A DNA stretch of 40,330 nucleotides from a virus. Each line of letters opens with the position of its first letter. Position 1 is the first letter of the stretch. Below, piece by piece: positions 12,560-22,465 of this stretch. The stretch lies in the IMG/VR virus record IMGVR_UViG_3300045988_047360; one strand, 5' to 3'. The notes beneath the pieces were generated by a model. It had not been told where the DNA came from, did no database searches, and saw only the letters and a list, made by a program, of their open reading frames with translations. Made by a program: the position numbers and the translations under genes.

Positions 12560-13963
12560 TTATTTAACTTTTACAAATGCGTTGGCACCGTCAATAGAAA
12601 CAATTGGCAGTCTTCCTGGGCCACTGTAAATTAACGAGTTATCTGATTGCAAGATAAGTGCATAACTATCATCCACAATTGCAAATTCTGACGCAGTCCA
12701 GCCATAAGAATTACTCGCAAGTTTTTCTGCTGTTCCGGATACAGCGAGCGTATAAATACCATTTGTAGGAGATGCCAAATAGGTTTTAGTGCCTTGAACC
12801 GATCTAAGCGCATCGGCAATACTCGGATTTGTTGTTCTTGCAGTTTCTACAGGAGTTGCTCCGGACATATCAAAGATAACTGTAAGCCCATTTTCGCAAA
12901 TAGCACAATGATCTGCATCTACAACTACCAAATGCGAGAATTCATAATATCCATTTTTTTCAACAATAAGATCATTTTGCCCGCCGGTCCTCAGCGTATA
13001 CGATAAGACGTGGTATTGGGAAGCATATCCGCTTCTCCATGCGCCAATTACCACGCGGGTATCTCCCGCTGATGATGCACTAATAGCAAACGGTCCATCC
13101 ACGGTGTAGTTATCCCAAGTTGCATCTATGGTTAAAGTATATGTGCTTTGCAAAGATTCAGGATTCAGGGTTTCTGATTGCATATAAAAAATCCGATTGC
13201 CTTCGGACCCCATGCTGTTTACTTGGCAGTTTTCCCCATTTATAACAACTCTTCCGTCCGTTGTTACTGCCATTGTTGGGTACCCTGCATCTTTTAAATA
13301 ACCCGTTCCAGCCAAAAGGTACGTGGATCCCTTCAACGCAAAGTCGGCGTCAAAAATGTATAATTTATATTGGTATTTTGAAGAATAATAACCCGCTCCT
13401 AAAACAAAATAGTACAAAGTCCCATTAACATTTGCTCTTGCTGTACTACGAACAACATAATCTTCCGTAAGAAGAAAACTTGCTGCCGGTTCATTATAGG
13501 GCTTGCGCATGAAATAAATTGTGTAGGAAGTGTTTCTTTCTTTATATATAACTACACCATCCTCAAACATGTCATACACATAGGGCATGTTGGCATTTAC
13601 CTTGATAAATCCTTTTTCAAGATTATAGGTCGATTCTTGAAACGTCCGATAAGCCGGATACTCTTCTGCATCGTAAGCGTCTCCGTTGCATAGTGCCCAA
13701 TTTGCCCCGATACTCTGCCGATTTGTCAGGCGAATGTCGCCAACGGAAAAAGCGCTGTCACCCAACTTTTGAAACACATCATCCGGTGTGGCATTTGTCA
13801 GACCATACAGCGCCGCGGTACTGTCTTTGAGCAGCGTGGCCTTATTCAGCGGCGTACCGGCCTGTGTGGGCTGGTCTGCGCGTTCCATGTCGTAAATATT
13901 GGCCTGCCCGGAAACAGGCGTCATTTTGACACGTCCGGGGTATAAAGGCACTCTATCAACCAT
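12560..13963 (-). CDS. Tail fibre / receptor-binding protein
   Basis: AAAGGAG RBS. N-terminus VPLYPGRVKMTPVSGQANIYDMERADQPTQAGTPLNKATLL is typical of Firmicutes phage fibres. The gene is markedly AT-rich. Confidence 0.65.
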   Translation of the reverse strand: MVDRVPLYPGRVKMTPVSGQANIYDMERADQPTQAGTPLNKATLLKDSTAALYGLTNATPDDVFQKLGDSAFSVGDIRLTNRQSIGANWALCNGDAYDAEEYPAYRTFQESTYNLEKGFIKVNANMPYVYDMFEDGVVIYKERNTSYTIYFMRKPYNEPAASFLLTEDYVVRSTARANVNGTLYYFVLGAGYYSSKYQYKLYIFDADFALKGSTYLLAGTGYLKDAGYPTMAVTTDGRVVINGENCQVNSMGSEGNRIFYMQSETLNPESLQSTYTLTIDATWDNYTVDGPFAISASSAGDTRVVIGAWRSGYASQYHVLSYTLRTGGQNDLIVEKNGYYEFSHLVVVDADHCAICENGLTVIFDMSGATPVETARTTNPSIADALRSVQGTKTYLASPTNGIYTLAVSGTAEKLASNSYGWTASEFAIVDDSYALILQSDNSLIYSGPGRLPIVSIDGANAFVKVK

Positions 13964-13977
13964 TTGTTTTGCTCCTT

Positions 13978-14868
13978 TCAGATTTCGCCGGAGAACAAAT
14001 CTCCGGAATAGAACCACGCAGCCGCAGCGCGGGTCAGCGCATCGTCAATGTCGATCAGGATCTGCTCGATGTCGTTTGCTTCCGTGTAGGTCAGATTTGC
14101 CATGCTCTCCGGCGTGGCAGGCGTATCTGCCGTAATGGCCGCGCGTATTGCAGCCACGTTTGCAAGGTACTGTGTCATTTTCGACGGCGTGGGGATATCA
14201 TCTTCAAACCATGTATAACGGTCGCGGGTATCCGGGGTGGTAGTGACAACCTCGACGGTTTTTGTGACCTGCGTTTTGAGGTTTGAAAGCGTGCATTTGT
14301 CATCGTTAGTATCGTTAGAAGAATCTTTGCTATACGTCAGAACAATTGTCTGGTCTGCCGCCAGATTCCCGGAATACGATTTTGACGTTGTCGCGCCGCT
14401 GACGCCGTTTTCCACCGTCGTACCGGCAACTGTGAGGGTAAATTTATCGTAGTTCGCTTCGCTGGAATAGGAATAATCAAAAGAAACCGGCATTGCGCTT
14501 TTCGCTTTGAATGTGGTGGTTGCCGTGGAGCTTTTGACGCCGCCGTTGTTGCTTGTCCATACTCCCTTTGACGGTGCAAAATAATAGGTCCCGTTGGTAA
14601 CGTCGAAGAACTCATCCACGTTGTCTTCCGTGATCTGCTCATCAACCAGCTTTGTTTCTGTGGTGACGGTTTTGATATCCGGCCGGATGATCTCCACCCT
14701 TTGATACCCCGGGAGCACATATCCATAGTCGGACAGACGTGCGGCGAGGTATTCAAGGCAAGCATCCACCCGGTTCAAATCAGATGCGTTGTAGGTGCCT
14801 TTATCGTTGCGTGCGCCCACATCCGCCGCTGTGCGGTCTGTGATCAGTGTTGAAAAATCAAAGCTCAT
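13978..14868 (-). CDS. Tail tip/baseplate structural protein
   Basis: MSFDFSTLITDRTAADVGARNDKGTYNASDLNRV is a conserved phage tail N-terminus. Overlaps the upstream stop. Confidence 0.5.
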   Translation of the reverse strand: MSFDFSTLITDRTAADVGARNDKGTYNASDLNRVDACLEYLAARLSDYGYVLPGYQRVEIIRPDIKTVTTETKLVDEQITEDNVDEFFDVTNGTYYFAPSKGVWTSNNGGVKSSTATTTFKAKSAMPVSFDYSYSSEANYDKFTLTVAGTTVENGVSGATTSKSYSGNLAADQTIVLTYSKDSSNDTNDDKCTLSNLKTQVTKTVEVVTTTPDTRDRYTWFEDDIPTPSKMTQYLANVAAIRAAITADTPATPESMANLTYTEANDIEQILIDIDDALTRAAAAWFYSGDLFSGEI

Positions 14869-16985
14869 GTGCTTCCCTTCTCCCAATATACGATGACGCA
14901 TCCCGTCGCACCGGAAACGCCCGGCGTTCCTTTGCCGGGATAATTATCGATCACGTTGTACGTGTGCGTGCTGCCGTCTTTCCCTTTGGACGTTTCACGG
15001 TGCCGCTCACCTTTTGCGCCGCCGGTTCCTTTGATGCCGCCATCGCCGGAATGCGGGAGCGGATCCTGAACGCCGGTTCGCGCAAAGCTGTCGCCGTTGG
15101 CAATATCGGTATAGCCGTTTTCATAACGCTTTCCGTTTGCGCTGGAATATGCACCGAATACCGTATCATCGCCAATGGTCACCGTGAAAGACTGCGCTTC
15201 GTTGATGCTGACGGTATCCGCCCATACTTTCGCGCCCACGCCGTCAACGCCGTCCTCGCCGCGCTCTGACCATGTGCCATCCGTGCCGGGGGTGCCGTCG
15301 GAGCCTTTGCCCACAAGGATCAGGCGCAGCTTTGCAACACCCGCCGGGGCCGTCCACGTGCCGCTTTTTGTAATGACTGCCCGATTCTGAAACAGGAACG
15401 AACCGTCCGCCTGTAAAAGTGTGCTCTGGCAGCTTTGCAGAACGCCGCCTGAGATCTGGAAGGTCTGTGCCATCCTGCGTGCGGTAACTGCGCTGCTTTC
15501 GTCCAGCCAAACCGTATCCACGTCGCCGATTTCTGAGGTTGGATTTCCGCGCCCGGTGGTTTCCAGCTGATTTCCGCCGTAGGCAGACAGCATCAGCTTT
15601 GCGGCAGTCAACGCCTGCGCCTGTGTGTGGATGAACGGATTGTCTATGCTCACCGTGTCACTGGATGCCGTTGAATTGCCGGAGACGATGTATTTTGTGT
15701 TTTGGCCATCGTACAGCGTAAAAATCAACGCGGCCACATCGTTATTTGCTTTCATCGTGGGATAAGCAATCAGGTTTTCAAGCGTAAGCTTGTTCCCCTG
15801 ATTCCATAACGGTTCCGCCGCAAGATACCCGGTTTCTGCATCTGCGCGCGGCCAAACTCCGGCAGCCATGCAGGCCAACCGCAGGATGTCACCGCATTTC
15901 TTTCCCGTCACGTCCGCCGCCGCGCTGGCTGTGATTGCGGCAGACGCATAATTTGCATCCACCGTATACCGGTCCTTGAAATTGGTGCCCAGCTGTTCCA
16001 CAAGTGCCGCGATCCAGCCGGAAAGCGTCGTTGGAAGCGTAGCGGGCGGGATAAATTCCCGGTCTGCCAGCAGGCCGATAATGTCCACCAAATCCCATTG
16101 CATGCTCAATCCGTTGTCACCGGTTTTCCATCCGCCGGAATGCTGATAAAACATGCCGACGCGCTTATAGTCCGTTGTACCGTCCGGCATACGGACGCCG
16201 ATAGAAACGTCAATTGCCTGCCGTTCCTCGATAGACTGAAACAGTCCGGATTTGGAGCGCGGCTCAAACCGGCGGGACAAATTGTCCATTTTCAGTGTGC
16301 AGGTGCCGTAAGGGAGCGCATTGCATGAAAAGTTGCCCTGATGCTTGACGCTGAATTCCGCAATAATGCTGTCATCCCACGATTCATAAACGCCCGGTAC
16401 GATCTCCACAGCCCGCAATCTGCGGCTCGGGAGTGACCATTTTGAAACAGTCACACGGATAGCATCCGGGTTATTGACAGTGAAGCCGCTTAAAGAGACC
16501 GACGCAGCGGTATTATCCGTAAAAGTCGCGGTATAATATGCCGTCCCGCCCTGCCGCACCTGAACGGTAAAATCAACGGGCAGGCCGTCATATTCATTAT
16601 CCGGGAAGTAAACGGAGCACGCCTGCAAAACAGAAACGCCGGAAAACCGCAGTTCCACCCAGACTTCCGGTGAAAAGGTCCCATCACTTCCGGAAAGAAT
16701 GTCGCCCATAAAAGCGACATTCCCCGCCGTGTCCGCCGGATCATCCGGGAAAAGATCCCATGTTCCATCCAGCGCCCAGCGTCTTTTCTCCAATGTGGCG
16801 TCTTTGGGCGGGTTGCTGAAATCTTTATCATGCAGCTGATCGCTTTTGCTGTAATCACTCTCCCCGCTGCTTTTTGCGGTACCGTAAACAATATCTGGGG
16901 AGATAATATCGATCATCGCTTTGAGCAGGATCCGGCGGGAATCAGCGGTAATGGCGGCATCATACGCCGCAGAGTGCTCAATCAT
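14865..16985 (-). CDS. Tail-associated (Tal-like) structural protein with C-terminal glycine-rich domain
   Basis: 706 aa, positioned after the tape measure and a small tail protein. C-terminal GTDGTWSERGEDGVDG..GDGGIKGTGGAKG..GKGTPGVSGATG. Confidence 0.6.
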   Translation of the reverse strand: MIEHSAAYDAAITADSRRILLKAMIDIISPDIVYGTAKSSGESDYSKSDQLHDKDFSNPPKDATLEKRRWALDGTWDLFPDDPADTAGNVAFMGDILSGSDGTFSPEVWVELRFSGVSVLQACSVYFPDNEYDGLPVDFTVQVRQGGTAYYTATFTDNTAASVSLSGFTVNNPDAIRVTVSKWSLPSRRLRAVEIVPGVYESWDDSIIAEFSVKHQGNFSCNALPYGTCTLKMDNLSRRFEPRSKSGLFQSIEERQAIDVSIGVRMPDGTTDYKRVGMFYQHSGGWKTGDNGLSMQWDLVDIIGLLADREFIPPATLPTTLSGWIAALVEQLGTNFKDRYTVDANYASAAITASAAADVTGKKCGDILRLACMAAGVWPRADAETGYLAAEPLWNQGNKLTLENLIAYPTMKANNDVAALIFTLYDGQNTKYIVSGNSTASSDTVSIDNPFIHTQAQALTAAKLMLSAYGGNQLETTGRGNPTSEIGDVDTVWLDESSAVTARRMAQTFQISGGVLQSCQSTLLQADGSFLFQNRAVITKSGTWTAPAGVAKLRLILVGKGSDGTPGTDGTWSERGEDGVDGVGAKVWADTVSINEAQSFTVTIGDDTVFGAYSSANGKRYENGYTDIANGDSFARTGVQDPLPHSGDGGIKGTGGAKGERHRETSKGKDGSTHTYNVIDNYPGKGTPGVSGATGCVIVYWEKGST

Positions 16986-17400
16986 GCGGGGACACCTCCC
17001 GCAGCTCTACTTTGAAATCGCCCCAGAGGGGTACACTTGTGATCTCACTGTCAGAAACCGCCTGCCGGGACCACATAAATTTGGGGCGGGTAAAGGATGT
17101 AACGATAAAATCGCCGTATGTCAGCGCGCCTGCATCGGCTTCCTGCGGCAGAAAACCGCATTGAATCGTCTGTGACTGCCCCTTTTCACAGGCCGCAATG
17201 ACTTTGTTTTTCATTTCCGTATTGAAAAATCCGTACTGATAGGTAATCTTCCATACATGGCCGCGCAGCTCCCGGACTACTCTCCCGGATACCATTTCAA
17301 CACTGACGGAAAGCGGCTCATTCTGAACCGTATAGCCGCCTTTCCGGCTCTCCGGAAGCGCAACCGCGCTCCCGGAAGAATCCAAAATCAACTGTGTCAT
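16978..17400 (-). CDS. Distal tail component (small)
   Basis: 140-aa ORF immediately after the tape measure gene, coupled to the next gene. Confidence 0.45.
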   Translation of the reverse strand: MTQLILDSSGSAVALPESRKGGYTVQNEPLSVSVEMVSGRVVRELRGHVWKITYQYGFFNTEMKNKVIAACEKGQSQTIQCGFLPQEADAGALTYGDFIVTSFTRPKFMWSRQAVSDSEITSVPLWGDFKVELREVSPHD

Positions 17401-17408
17401 ATGTCACC

Positions 17409-20045
17409 TCACTGTGGGTTCAGAATCGGAGTGCCATTTGCTTTGGCATAGCTTGTCATGGGTCCGAACAGATACGACGCAAGCTTTGTCATATCCGGGA
17501 GCATCAGGTTGAACGTAAAGCTGCCGCCGTTCTGCGATGCGGAATTCATGCTGTTGATCATCGCAGCAGAAGATACACCGATGCCGGAAGATGCAAAGTC
17601 AACGTTTCCGGTCTGGAATTGCAGACTGTCGTTAATTCCCCGCTGCACATCTTCATACTCGCTTTCCCAGCCAACGCCGAGACCGCGTACCATGTTTTCG
17701 CCGATCTCTGCAAACACAGTGGATGGGGAATGAATGCCCAGCGTTGTTTTTACAGCGTCAACAGACTGCTGTGCGGTTCTAATGGCAGCGTTGATCACAT
17801 CCGAAGATCCGTTCTCAATGCCCTGCCGCAGGCCATCCATAAACGCTTCTCCAACATCCGGGGATTCATCGTCATACAGGCTCTTAAGGTCGCTCAGATT
17901 CTCGGAAATCTGTGCAAGCGTATCCGTGCGAAGCGTTGAAAGCTCCTTTTTCGCTTCATCATTGGCAAGCTTCTGTTTCTCCCCGTAAAGCTCGGAATAT
18001 TCGCTCAGCTTGTCATCACTCAGGGAAAGCAGCGCATCAAGCTGATCCACAGCTTCCGGCCCCATCGTGCGGATCTCTTCAATCAGGCTGTCGTTGACGC
18101 CCTTATCTTTCAGCGTCTGGAGACCGTTATAAAATTCCTCCATTGTGGAAATTTGATCCCGCAGATTCTCAATCAAAGAATCGCCGCTGACCTGTTCCCG
18201 CTCCTGAATCTCGTCAAACAGAGAATAAGAATTGTAGATCTCGCTGGTGCGCTTGGAAAGAGCGTCCTGATACTCTTTCTCGACCTTCTCAATATTGTCG
18301 TAATATTCCTGCTCCGCCTTTTCCCGAAGGTCAAGGATCTGCTTTTCCGCATCTGCGTACTGCTGGGAGCTGGAAATAAACTGGCTTTGAATGGCTTTCC
18401 ATGCCGCAAGCTGCTGCTTGACCGAAAAGTCATTATATTTGACCTGCCGGTTCAGCCATTCAACATTGTTCTGATAAACAGACTTTGCCAGATCATCAGC
18501 AGCTTTCAGCGCTGTGCTTTTGCTGGTATTCAGGCCAACAGCAATGCCAAGTCCGATATTTTTACCGATTCCTGCAAAAACGGTGGACGGCGAATGGATA
18601 CCCAAAAGCTTTTTTACATAGCTGACAATTCCACCGACAAACCCGGAAATCTGATTATTCAGCCATCCGACTTTGTCTGCGATTCCGTTCCACAATCCTG
18701 TCACAAGATTCTGCCCCCATTGCCGCGCAATCTCAGGGAGCTTTTTAATCTCGTTTACGATCGGGCTTACAATGTTCTGCGACACAACGTTGATGATCAG
18801 CTTATTCATGGATGCAATGCCCTCTCCGAGAGCTTCCATCAGATTCAGCCCGGAATCAGCGATCAGACTCCGGTTGTCAAAAAGGGCCTTTGCAAAAGCG
18901 GTGATGATCTTCGGCGCAGCTTCGATGATTGCCGGGATCATGCTCAGAATCGCATCAAGCAGCGCGGTGCAGATCTCCACGGCGCTTTCCACAACCTTTG
19001 ACATGTTGCCGCTGTCCTGCAAACCGTCGGCAAACGACAGGATCATGTCTTTTGCCTGGTCCGCAAGCTTCGGAGCATAATCAATAATCAGGTTCCCGAC
19101 ACTATTAAGAATAGTACCGATTCTCGGGAGCACATTTCCGGCGGCAGTTGCAACGCTCTCCGCAAAGTTGGTGACAAGCACGCCCAGATCCGCATCTTCG
19201 TTGCCAAATCCGGCCAACAGATTATCCCATGCGGATTTCATGGCGTTGATGGATCCTTCGATTGTCGTTGCCGCTTCTCGTGCCGTTGTCCCGCCGATCT
19301 GCATACTCTCCTGCATGACATGGATCGCCGCAACAATATTTGAGAAGGACATCGAATTCCCGTCCACCGTGACGCCGAGTTCCTTCTGTACGTCGGTCAG
19401 CTTGGAAGCATCCGCAATCAAACGCTGCATTTCAGACTGTGTACCGCCATATCCGAGTTTCAGGTTGTCCAGCATTGTATAATTCTGCTTCGCAAAGCCC
19501 TGATAAGCGTTTTGCACGTCCTGCATATTGGAACCGAACGTGTTGACGTTGTCGGACATGTCGATCATTGCCATGTCTGCGTAATCTGCGGCCTTTTGGG
19601 TATCGTTGCCGAGGGAAGTGATCAGCGCAGCGGAGAACGAAGTGACCTGCTGCATATAATCGTTCGCGGACATACCGGCCGTTTTCCACGCATTGTTTGC
19701 GTTTTCAAGCACGGTATTCTGCGCGTCTTCCAATTTGGCCCATTGGCTCGCCACCGCATCTGTGGTGGTGTTGTTCATTGCGGCATACTCTTCAAGGCTT
19801 TTCCCCATATTGCCGAACAGCTTTTGAATGCCGCCGACGTTCTGTTCATACGCCGCATATACTTCTACAGACTGCTTGACCGTCCCTGCGACCGCCTGAC
19901 CGACCTGCACAATGCCATTCATGGCAAGCTTTGCAGCATCTGCCATCAGCTGGCCTTTTGCAACGACCTTTGCCCCGAGATTTTCAACCTTGTCGCTGGC
20001 CTGATCGTCTACGCTGATTTTCACAAACAGGTCAAGAAGATTCAT
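17409..20045 (-). CDS. Tail tape measure protein (878 aa)
   Basis: Size, position and helical low-complexity composition. Contains a duplicated LGIHSPSTVFA(G/E)IG motif. Confidence 0.85.
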   Translation of the reverse strand: MNLLDLFVKISVDDQASDKVENLGAKVVAKGQLMADAAKLAMNGIVQVGQAVAGTVKQSVEVYAAYEQNVGGIQKLFGNMGKSLEEYAAMNNTTTDAVASQWAKLEDAQNTVLENANNAWKTAGMSANDYMQQVTSFSAALITSLGNDTQKAADYADMAMIDMSDNVNTFGSNMQDVQNAYQGFAKQNYTMLDNLKLGYGGTQSEMQRLIADASKLTDVQKELGVTVDGNSMSFSNIVAAIHVMQESMQIGGTTAREAATTIEGSINAMKSAWDNLLAGFGNEDADLGVLVTNFAESVATAAGNVLPRIGTILNSVGNLIIDYAPKLADQAKDMILSFADGLQDSGNMSKVVESAVEICTALLDAILSMIPAIIEAAPKIITAFAKALFDNRSLIADSGLNLMEALGEGIASMNKLIINVVSQNIVSPIVNEIKKLPEIARQWGQNLVTGLWNGIADKVGWLNNQISGFVGGIVSYVKKLLGIHSPSTVFAGIGKNIGLGIAVGLNTSKSTALKAADDLAKSVYQNNVEWLNRQVKYNDFSVKQQLAAWKAIQSQFISSSQQYADAEKQILDLREKAEQEYYDNIEKVEKEYQDALSKRTSEIYNSYSLFDEIQEREQVSGDSLIENLRDQISTMEEFYNGLQTLKDKGVNDSLIEEIRTMGPEAVDQLDALLSLSDDKLSEYSELYGEKQKLANDEAKKELSTLRTDTLAQISENLSDLKSLYDDESPDVGEAFMDGLRQGIENGSSDVINAAIRTAQQSVDAVKTTLGIHSPSTVFAEIGENMVRGLGVGWESEYEDVQRGINDSLQFQTGNVDFASSGIGVSSAAMINSMNSASQNGGSFTFNLMLPDMTKLASYLFGPMTSYAKANGTPILNPQ

Positions 20046-20235
20046 GTTTCACCACCAATCCGCACCTTTGCACAATGTCTGCCGTGATTTCTTCACAGGA
20101 ACGGCCGTCCTGCTTCTTCTGGTTCAAAATATCCGCATAGCGTACATCCAGGAACGTGCCGCCGCGAAAACCGGCAGTATTTTTGCTGATCAGCCGCAAA
20201 GCTTCGCTTACATACAGCCGGTATGCCTTGCTCAC
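20032..20235 (-). CDS. Tail assembly chaperone, distal (gpT-like) part; possibly expressed by -1 frameshift from 20280-20684
   Basis: GTG-initiated 67-aa ORF. Its frame stays open upstream to at least 20340, overlapping the end of the preceding ORF in the -1 frame. Confidence 0.45.
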   Translation of the reverse strand: MSKAYRLYVSEALRLISKNTAGFRGGTFLDVRYADILNQKKQDGRSCEEITADIVQRCGLVVKHESS

Positions 20236-20279
20236 GTTTTCATGCCGGCAATAAGCAAGGCAATACCGGATAAAAGGCT

Positions 20280-20684
20280 TTATTCTTTTCGGCCCTTGGT
20301 ATTGGCCTGCGCAGAGCCAGAGGGCGTCCCTGTTTTCTTGCTCTGCGCAGAGGTAAAAAGCTCAAGGAACGTGCTGTCCGTCAAAAGTTCTGCCGCATCA
20401 CGCAGCAGCTTGACCAGATTCAGACTGTCCGCATATTCTTTCGGGTCCGTGCCCTCAATTGCCGACAGGATCGTGGCAATATCGTGCTTATGCGTTTTCA
20501 GGAGCACCGGTGCGGATTTCCGAACACGCTCCGCCACAAACCGCGCGGCTGTCATACCTTCCGGGCACTTTTCCCGGCGGAACATAGCCGATGCCGTCTC
20601 GTCTGACGCAATACTGGCAATCGGATCAATAATATCCGCGATCACGTCAAAAACGCGCTCGCCTTTTACGTCTGAAAGTTTCAT
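20280..20684 (-). CDS. Tail assembly chaperone (gpG-like)
   Basis: 134-aa acidic ORF between the major tail protein and the tape measure. Confidence 0.6.
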   Translation of the reverse strand: MKLSDVKGERVFDVIADIIDPIASIASDETASAMFRREKCPEGMTAARFVAERVRKSAPVLLKTHKHDIATILSAIEGTDPKEYADSLNLVKLLRDAAELLTDSTFLELFTSAQSKKTGTPSGSAQANTKGRKE

Positions 20685-20693
20685 GTGCCCTCC

Positions 20694-21281
20694 TTACGAT
20701 TCAGCGGTGCCAGCTTTGATATAAAGCTCAAACGGCACTGTATCCTGTGCGCTCATGGAATAGTGGCCGGTAAACTCAAAGGCAAACTGGCCTTTTGCTT
20801 TGTCGCTGGTCTGCAGCTTGAAACCGCCAGTGCTCAAAGCGTTCAGCAGTTTAATTGCGATATAACCACCGTTTTCCGCACCGTTTTTGTCAGAATAGTC
20901 GCCAACCAGCCAGATGTCTCCAAAATCAGAATCTTCAAGATCGTTGCGGGGCGTTACTTTCGTTGTGTCGGTGGAGCCGATATCCGCCGCACCGATGAGC
21001 TTCTTTGCAATAGCGGTATCTGCATTAACAAAGGTGCCGCTCATCTTTACTTCCCAGGAATCCAGCTTTTTCAGCTCTTTCATATTCTTGGGGCAGTTGT
21101 CAATATCATCTCCGAAGTCGGAAAACGTGGGGGTTGCAGTGAAGTTGATACCGCCGGAAGTCGCGCCGATCTGGCCGGATTCGCCCACGGTCCCGGTTGC
21201 GGGCGTAAAATCGGTAGTCAGGATGCCCGCGTTGATCTGGAGCTTCTGGAATGTATCGGAAGGAATTTTCGTAAATTTCAT
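20694..21281 (-). CDS. Major tail protein
   Basis: AAAGGA RBS before MKFTKIPSDTFQKLQINAGIL. Position upstream of the chaperones. No sheath gene is present. Confidence 0.7.
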   Translation of the reverse strand: MKFTKIPSDTFQKLQINAGILTTDFTPATGTVGESGQIGATSGGINFTATPTFSDFGDDIDNCPKNMKELKKLDSWEVKMSGTFVNADTAIAKKLIGAADIGSTDTTKVTPRNDLEDSDFGDIWLVGDYSDKNGAENGGYIAIKLLNALSTGGFKLQTSDKAKGQFAFEFTGHYSMSAQDTVPFELYIKAGTAES

Positions 21282-21294
21282 AATTTCAGTCCTT

Positions 21295-21663
21295 TCAGTC
21301 CTGCGACAGATATTCAACCGTAATGTTGAGATATCGCCGCTTAATATTGGAATCGGAATCATCCACAATGTTCTGGCACCATGGAGATCCCCGTTTCAGC
21401 CACATGGCACCGCCGTCATAGGAAACCATTACGCCGCCCATACCAATGGCGTCACTGATCTCTTGCGACTTTGCATTTGGGACTGCTTCTCCCTCTGTGT
21501 AATACCAAAGGTTGACCGTCAGCCCGATTTCACCGCTTTCCCACGAGCCGGTGATCAGCTCATAGGTCAGCCATGGAAAAACTGCGTCTTCCGGCACGTT
21601 CGAGGTCGGATAAGCAGTAAGAAATTGGGAAAACCACGCATGGAGCGCCTTATCCTTTGTCAT
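21295..21663 (-). CDS. Tail terminator / tail completion protein
   Basis: 122-aa ORF directly upstream of the major tail protein gene. Confidence 0.45.
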   Translation of the reverse strand: MTKDKALHAWFSQFLTAYPTSNVPEDAVFPWLTYELITGSWESGEIGLTVNLWYYTEGEAVPNAKSQEISDAIGMGGVMVSYDGGAMWLKRGSPWCQNIVDDSDSNIKRRYLNITVEYLSQD

Positions 21664-22019
21664 TTCGGCAGCTCCTTCCGCTCAACAGTAAAAAATTTCA
21701 GCGCGCGAATAGCTGCGCTTGCCGACCTTGGCGCTTCCCGCTCTTCCGGGTTGGAAGTCACGCGGTAAGTATTTCCTGTGACTTTGTCGCGGAAATAGTC
21801 GTTGTATTCGATAGGGACGTCCTTATTGACCAATGCGGAGTATACCGAAGTAACGCCCTCTTTCTCCGCTCTGCGTGCTTCCATTGAGGTGTCAAGCGCT
21901 TGATAGTTCAGGAATGCCGCGCCCTCCGACCATGTGACCTCGTATCCGCCTGCACCATCCGGCACCCGCGTTTTTTCCATCAGCACGCACTCGCGGGCAA
22001 AATCATCTAAAAGGCTCAC
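21660..22019 (-). CDS. Head-tail adaptor / head closure protein
   Basis: GTG start in a GTGA overlap with the upstream stop, GGGGGTGG RBS. 119 aa. TRVPDGAGGYEVTW is a pattern typical of head-tail joining proteins. Confidence 0.5.
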   Translation of the reverse strand: MSLLDDFARECVLMEKTRVPDGAGGYEVTWSEGAAFLNYQALDTSMEARRAEKEGVTSVYSALVNKDVPIEYNDYFRDKVTGNTYRVTSNPEEREAPRSASAAIRALKFFTVERKELPK

Positions 22020-22450
22020 GGTTCCACCCCCTTGAGCTTTCGCCAGTCGTTCAGGCGGCTGCGGAAAGCGTCTGCCCATCCGGTCACAGCGCTTGTATCC
22101 GCCGTGCCGGTGCTTGCTTTGGTGTAGCTGTAGCCCCCGAACGATTCCGAAGTAAACGGGCTCATAACGGCGTCGCCGTTCTTTTCCTGCCACGCAGAGA
22201 TGTCTTCTGCAAGGGTTATTACAGCTTTGGGGACAGCAAGTGCCCACACCGCCCCTGTAAAAGATTCATCGGTCAGGTCTTCCGCCGGGTATTGGTGCAG
22301 GCCGTCATTGAAAACGGAGCCAACAATACGGAAATACTGCCCGTTTTGGAGAAAAGGCAGCGTAACGCCGCCATTCTCCACGGTGAACGTTCCTTCATGG
22401 ATTTCCAGAAGAAACCAGTTGTTCAAATGCCGCAAGACTTGTTCAAGCAT
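22016..22450 (-). CDS. Head-tail connector protein
   Basis: 144-aa ORF immediately after the major capsid gene. Confidence 0.5.
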   Translation of the reverse strand: MLEQVLRHLNNWFLLEIHEGTFTVENGGVTLPFLQNGQYFRIVGSVFNDGLHQYPAEDLTDESFTGAVWALAVPKAVITLAEDISAWQEKNGDAVMSPFTSESFGGYSYTKASTGTADTSAVTGWADAFRSRLNDWRKLKGVEP

Positions 22451-22465
22451 TACGCTGCCCTCCTA

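Noticed and set aside
12560-16985. A diversity-generating retroelement or other hypervariation system in the tail fibre region
   Set aside because: No reverse transcriptase gene and no template/variable repeat pair are detectable anywhere in the window.
17409-20045. The duplicated LGIHSPSTVFA(G/E)IG motif in the tape measure protein as a mobile or repeat element
   Set aside because: Internal motif duplication is a common feature of tape measure proteins. At the DNA level the copies are diverged and in frame.
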